A stretch of 63,911 nt of DNA, the filler included, from Lenisia limosa (Eukaryota; Protista; Breviatea): NCBI GenBank assembly GCA_001655205.1. It is 15 parts of 15 records of this genome, joined end to end, with 100 filler letters (N's around TTAATTAATTAA, not from the genome) between each part and the next. Parts side by side here need not be neighbours in the genome. Positions count along the whole stretch, not along the records: positions 58,738 to 60,532 come from LPNZ01008431.1; positions 60,633 to 62,516 come from LPNZ01008418.1; positions 62,617 to 63,911 come from LPNZ01010998.1; 12 more parts are not named here. One strand, given 5' to 3'. The notes under the pieces are model-generated. The model ran no database searches, had not been told where the DNA came from, and worked only from the letters and a program-made list of their open reading frames with translations. Below are positions 58,902 to 63,911 of this stretch, piece after piece (within the stretch, counting starts at the first letter, position 1; the number at the start of each line of letters is the position of its first letter). Position numbers and translations under genes: made by a program.

Positions 58902-58988
58902 TGGGGCTTTACTTCGGTTCAATAAAAGACTGAATTTTTCGATAAATCCTAGAAAACTAGGTATTTTTCGAACCGAAGTGAAGCCCTA
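58902..58988. mobile_element. Family A MITE
   Basis: TGGGGCTTTACTTCGGTTC...TTCGAACCGAAGTGAAGCCCTA; flanks ataacaac/gtaacatc (6/8 match). Confidence 0.85.
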
Positions 58989-58999
58989 GTAACATCCCC

Positions 59000-60461
59000 C
59001 CTCCCACGTTGCCTCTGTGGAAGGAATCCCTCGGAGGGCCCGGTGCAGGGCCATGGCTGCGGCCGACCTGGGGGGCAAACCCGGCGCTAAGGCCCTTGGG
59101 ACGTGCCCACTCTCTGGGGGGGGGGGGNNNNNNNNNNNNNNNNNNNNNNNNNNNNNNNNNNNNNNNNNNNNNNNNNNNNNNNNNNNNNNNNNNNNNNNNN
59201 NNNNNATCACAAGCTGATGAACAGGATGACAATCATAAACACAAACACAGAGGCCAAGCAGAGAAACAATGCTGTATAAGATTGAAGTTTTGTGGCCCCA
59301 TTAAAAGATCTAAAAACCACCCCGCTAACACGACAACGATGTTGCCGTTGACTGTGGTGGTACTGAGCTTCTTAAGGGCCATAAAAGCGTCCTTCTGGTT
59401 CTAAAATCGTAATTGCAAGAGGGCAACGAAAGCCAGAACGGAGGAAATCGTATAGCTCTGGTCCGAATACCGAGGTACTCGCACAACCTATGTTGTTCGC
59501 ATTGGCCCGGATGATCCGTCTCAACATCCGTCGGTCCCCAGCGGCTGCTGCAGAACACCAAAAAACGCGCCCTCCGGGCCCAAAACAGAGCCAATTCAAG
59601 AACTGAACTCCGAGATGAACCCGCGGACGACCAAGGGGGCTATTCCTGAAATTGACCCCTGATAAGAGCGTAGGCGTAGCAAGAACAAAAGTGGTAATTT
59701 TGCTCTCACATAGCACCGACGAAGCCATATCAGGCGAAAACTCAAGGGGGAAACCCCCGGGCTCTGGTACCCCGCGCTGCCAGCTGGAACCCGAGAATGG
59801 AGCCGGGCAGAGCCGGGCCTCGGGGCAAGGATAAGACTCATCATTGCTATATAAGGAAGGTGGGAGCGAAGTCCCGCCCTGGGTACCTTGAAGGTCACGA
59901 AGGCGAAGGACTTGGACTTTCCGTTGCGGTCGCAGATCACTTCAGCATCCATAACGTTTCCTGGGGGAGTAAAACGGAAATTTCGATGAATATTGGCGTA
60001 AAGGTACTAATCACGAACCGAATAATCTGAAACTCCAAACAAACAAAAGGGGGGGGGGGGTAAAATATACAGCCCTTGGTGATGAAATATTGTTTGGAAA
60101 TGGGGTGAGTACAAGTCAATGCATGTCTCATAGATTTGGCTTCCCTACGGTCCGAAAAAGACCGTCTAAATATCGATATTTATCGAGAAATTCCGTCATT
60201 TTTGGGAACGTAGCGAAGCCCAAATAATAGAGTATATCATGCGACTTAATTAATCCAGACAATTATCATTTTCTGTAAAAAGGGTTTTTCATCCCTAACT
60301 TAATAAAATATCAATCTATTATTGTAAAAAAAACAAAAAAAAAATTGTTCCTCAAAACTATGCTTACCGTAGTGGACGAAGACTTCCCTGATTTGCTCGG
60401 AGGTGAAAGAGGGGTCAAGACGGGTCACGAAGAGGGTCTTGGCGTCCGGGTTGGGAGGGGG
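59000..60461 (-). CDS. RRM-domain RNA-binding protein
   Basis: KTLFVTRLDPSFTSEQIREVFVHYG (RNP2) splices to NVMDAEVICDRNGKSKSFAFVTFK (RNP1, exon 59887-59960); Gly/Pro-rich downstream exon. Confidence 0.82.
59961..60038 (-). repeat. Family D repeat, intact, forming the 3' end of an RRM-gene intron
   Basis: Minus strand TTGGAGTTTCAGATTATTCGGTTCGTGATTAGTACCTTTACGCCAATATTCATCGAAATTTCCGTTTTACTCCCCCAG|GAAACG. Confidence 0.9.
60136..60222. mobile_element. Family A2 MITE
   Basis: GGCTTCCCTACGGTCCGAAAAAGACC...GGGAACGTAGCGAAGCCCA. Confidence 0.82.
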
Positions 60462-60741
60462 CTGAGGCGTAAACCGAAGGAAATTTCGATAAAATAAAAT
60501 AATAAAACAAAAAAAAGGTAGCTGCTACGGGGNNNNNNNNNNNNNNNNNNNNNNNNNNNNNNNNNNNNNNNNNNNNTTAATTAATTAANNNNNNNNNNNN
60601 NNNNNNNNNNNNNNNNNNNNNNNNNNNNNNNNGTTCGTGATGGTGTAGACGGCTTCGGCCAGATACTACCTTTTTTATTTCTCATTGATATATAGTATAA
60701 TGTATGTTTTTAACATTCCAAAAAACTCACAAAACTCACAC

Positions 60742-60831
60742 CCCAGGACGTTTCCCCAGTTGCATCTCCCGAAGAGGATCCCTCGCAGATGCCCCAGGTT
60801 CGTTTTGATCACCATCATACCGTCTTTATCT

Positions 60832-60878
<47 letters not shown>

Positions 60879-61990
60879 CATCACATCACCATCATCTCCC
60901 CCCCCCCCAACNNNNNNNNNNNNNNNNNNNNNNNNNNNNNNNNNNNNNNNNNNNNNNNNNNNNNNNNNNNNNNNNNNNNNNNNNNNNNNNNNNNNNNNNN
61001 NNAAATTCATAGCCGCCCCTGCACCAAAATCATCGCGGTCACCTCGCGTGGCCCCAGCTGCAGGTCGGTATATATCGATATAAAATAGAGAGGCGAAATA
61101 AAACAAGATTGTATCTGGCCGAAGACGTCTAAACCATAACTCTTTTCAGAGATATTGGATTATAGGCCTAAAATGAATGGTGAACGGTGCTTAAAAAGTC
61201 TACTTATGATAGCGTATTAATGCATTATCTCTTTTATATATCATATGTACAATATGCATATGGTAGTATATAGTACTGTATATAAAGCTATGAGATAAAA
61301 ATCGTGACCCTTTTTAACATAACAACAAACATTCTTGACCCCCCAGGAGGCTACACACAGTCCTATGCAAAACAGTACCAAGCTGGCAAGGCAGGCCGAG
61401 GCCCCCCAGTCTCTGACCATGATACTGTGGACCATTACAATGATCGTTTCAAGGAGGAAAATCATGTGAGATGCCGGGTTTGTAATGCTCTTTCGATGTT
61501 ACTTTTATCTCGTGTTAGTCTTCTCTTGAATATTAAGAGCATATACTATACTATTACATATACTATTTTAAAGTATATTAAAAATATTATTCATGTAATA
61601 TAATTATGCCAACAACTCCTCAAAGTTCTTTTCTTTCACTTTTTTTAGGTCACGCCCAAAGCGTCAAAGTTCACAATCGACCTCAACGCTTCTAAGGAAA
61701 AACCTGTAGGCAGTGATTCTTCCTTCCTATGCAAAAATAACGTTCCTCTTCATAATCACGATTTAGTCTGATCGACAGCGAAGGGCAGAACTCCTAGCAC
61801 TAAAGGTAATATGGGGGAGGGTTTGACGGATTCTATCGTTCTTTGAATGTGATTTTTCATGACTTCCCCTTTTTTTATTTGTTTAGCAACACCAGAAGGC
61901 AGAGGAGGAAGAGTTGAGAAAGCGAAAAGCGGAGCAAAAGAAGGCTCAGAAACAGTATGCATCTTCTCTGATACTCTCACCCAATTGCAC
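60742..61990 (+). CDS. Low-complexity hypothetical protein (internal exons)
   Basis: AG/GT-bounded exons GGYTQSYAKQYQAGKAGRGPP...RFKEENH, VTPKASKFTIDLNASKEKP, QHQKAEEEELRKRKAEQKKAQK. Confidence 0.45.
60834..60875. repeat. (CAT)n microsatellite
   Basis: About 13 CAT units within an intron. Confidence 0.9.
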
Positions 61991-62332
61991 TGAATATCCT
62001 GTAAATCATAACTTTCCAGGTTTAATCCGATATTTTCCTATTTTTCATTGTTTCCCTTTTTTTTCTTGTAATCTCGATGAATATCTGGACTGCGCAGATA
62101 AACACATGAGACTGTCATACTAGACACAACTTCTGATTTTGAAACCTTCTCACCATGCAGTGTTTCCCCGTACATGCCCAACCCCTACCCTGATGTGTCT
62201 CCTCCCTATGAACGCGAACCTTCCCATTATGGTGGGGGCTATTGGGGGGAGGGGCTGTAATAAAGGCCCATTTTGGTGGGAGCTATGGGGCTGTAATAGA
62301 GCCCATTACGGTCATTATGGGCTGTTTTGGGA

Positions 62333-62422
62333 ATCACTTCGGTTCAAAACAAGGCCGAATGTCTCGATAAAGCCCTAAAAACTCTCGATTTACCGATCTT
62401 TTTCATACCGGAGTGAAGCCTC
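62333..62422. mobile_element. Family A MITE (degenerate)
   Basis: TCACTTCGGTTCAAAAC...CCGGAGTGAAGCCTC. Confidence 0.7.
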
Positions 62423-62616
62423 AGTTGTAATTCACATTATTATGGGGGACAACAATGTCTCATTATATATAATGAGAGCTGTGACCATCCCCCTCTTTAT
62501 GTTGAGGCAATCTCAGNNNNNNNNNNNNNNNNNNNNNNNNNNNNNNNNNNNNNNNNNNNNTTAATTAATTAANNNNNNNNNNNNNNNNNNNNNNNNNNNN
62601 NNNNNNNNNNNNNNNN

Positions 62617-63800
62617 CAGGCCATTTGGGTTCTGATATTGTAGAGTGTTTGCTCGCGGCTGGACTTGCTACCAACAAACACAGCTACAAAGAAGTGGTCA
62701 CCCATGTTCTTGGAAAGGTGGCGGCAAAGTTGCTGCTTCTATGTCAGGTATTTTTACATTTCACATTACTACTTTCAATGTCAAATGCATTGTTGGTTTT
62801 CTTTTACCCCTTCAGGTTATTTCCATGGTTGGCGTGACGATTGCGTACATTATCCTCATCGGAGACTTTGGTAAGGTGGTGGAACAATGGGTATAAGGTG
62901 CTTTTCGACTATATTCCATCCGACACCACATCTAACTTTCAAAGAAGTTTGGTGGTGGTGGTGGGGGGGTAGCCAAGCATAAGCAGGCTTTTGATTTGTA
63001 AACGGGGTATGTATTCCTTTGCTATGCATGTATTGTTCTGCAACTCTTATAAGCACTAGGAAGGAACATTCTGCATGATTTTGGTGTGTCGATGGACCGA
63101 CGGATCATTATGCTTGTCTTGGACTTAACAATGTGTTACCCCCTGAGTCTCATTAAGTTGGATTTGGCTTGTCTTTTTGTACCCTGGTTTGACTTATTAA
63201 CCCAAAAGGTCCGTCAATGCACTTCGCTTCACATCTCTCATTGCAATTGGCTGTATTTCCCTCTACGCTGCTTCTTCCCTCTTCGATTCTTCTTACCAGG
63301 TATCCAGTAATAGTAGATTCTGCCTTTGCCTCATCAAAATTTACTATTTAGGCCGTTGTGTACGGTCCCGCCAATGTCAAGCCATTCAGCTTTTCTGACA
63401 CCTTCTTCCGCACAATCCCCATTGCCCTAGTTTCATACCAATGTCACGTCATGGTTTTCCCCATCTTCTCTGAACTCAAAAGTGAGATTATTCTCGATGT
63501 CGTCACACCATTTCACCATATTCTTATTTTACAGCTTCTTCTCCCGGCGCCCCTAAAACAGGACCAATGAAAACTGTTCTTCGTGTGTCTTTTGGATTCT
63601 GTACCTTCTGTGTATGCTTGAGAGCGGTCAACAATCTTTGAACGAGTGTTGCGATCCACAGCTCACCCTTTAGTACATCATCGCGGGGCTTTCTGGCTAC
63701 CTTCGTTGGGGTGACCGTATTGACAGCGGCAACATTCTCAACACGTATTCAGACTACTCCGTATGGGGCGTTTCATCTCTTTTTCTTCATCATCCCCCTT
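62617..63800 (+). CDS. Amino acid transporter, SLC38/AVT (Aa_trans) family (internal exons)
   Basis: HSYKEVVTHVLGKVAAKLL; GVTIAYIILIGDF; CYPLSLIK-SVNALRFTSLIAI; FRTIPIALVSYQCHVMVFPIFSELK fits the AIPII.F.F.CH.N..PI..EL motif. Confidence 0.85.
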
Positions 63801-63911
63801 AGGTTTGTCGTCCTATTTTGCGAATTATAATTTTGTTCAAACATGATGACATAATCATACATAATCGATGCCTTAGTGTCATTACATCACTAACAAGGGA
63901 GGGGGGGGGGG

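Noticed and set aside
442-61106. ORF-track entries containing long X runs
   Set aside because: They are open only because N gaps contain no stops.
5741-61165. Family C also tied to splice sites
   Set aside because: Copies occur in both orientations at variable distances; proximity is explained by short introns, unlike the exact abutment of B and D.
2874-62572. Palindromic TTAATTAATTAA recurring 14 times
   Set aside because: Always centred in the same N44 padding; it is an assembly concatenation spacer, not biology. ORFs ending in LIN come from it.
63300-63351. GTATCC donor as a U12-type intron
   Set aside because: It reads GTATCCAG rather than GTATCCTT and no TCCTTAAC-like branch site is evident in the 52-nt intron.
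84-63800. Non-standard genetic code for the whole window
   Set aside because: The conserved exons of the kinase, MACPF, CFAP410, SRPRB, RapGAP, SPC25 and transporter genes contain no in-frame TAA/TAG, and SPC25 and SRPRB appear to end in TAA and TAG.
1-63911. Gene clustering or operon-like system across the window
   Set aside because: The pieces are separate scaffolds; adjacency across spacers carries no information.

Overview
Eukaryotic, intron-dense draft-assembly sequence; not prokaryotic, and no rRNA or CRISPR array was seen. Fifteen separate scaffold pieces are joined by 14 artificial N44-TTAATTAATTAA-N44 spacers, so neighbourhood across spacers is meaningless. Genes rebuilt by hand from GT-AG exons: a MAST/Greatwall-type AGC kinase; a secreted protein with a possible CAP-like region, an EGF module and a MACPF domain (tRNA-Leu(AAG) lies antisense in one of its introns); a CARMIL-like PH-LRR protein; CFAP410; an FHA protein; a membrane class III nucleotidyl-cyclase-like protein lacking its first catalytic Asp and carrying an FHA-like tail; SRP receptor beta; a RING protein whose exon runs into TGA or a possible AT-AC intron; a RapGAP; SPC25; an RRM protein; an SLC38/AVT-type transporter; and several hypotheticals. 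Introns are crowded with short repeats: a hAT-like MITE family (TAGGG ends, 8-bp TSDs, about 20 copies), a Tc1/mariner-like MITE and a ~150-bp hairpin-bearing repeat. The strongest candidate for an undescribed system is two unrelated short repeat families (B and D). They share terminal motifs (5' TGGAGT; 3' TTTTAC(T)CCCC) and repeatedly end at 3' splice sites in sense orientation, or abut 5' splice sites in antisense. This occurs in a genome whose introns often open with a G-run and close with a C-run. All product calls are from motif recognition by eye; no searches were run.
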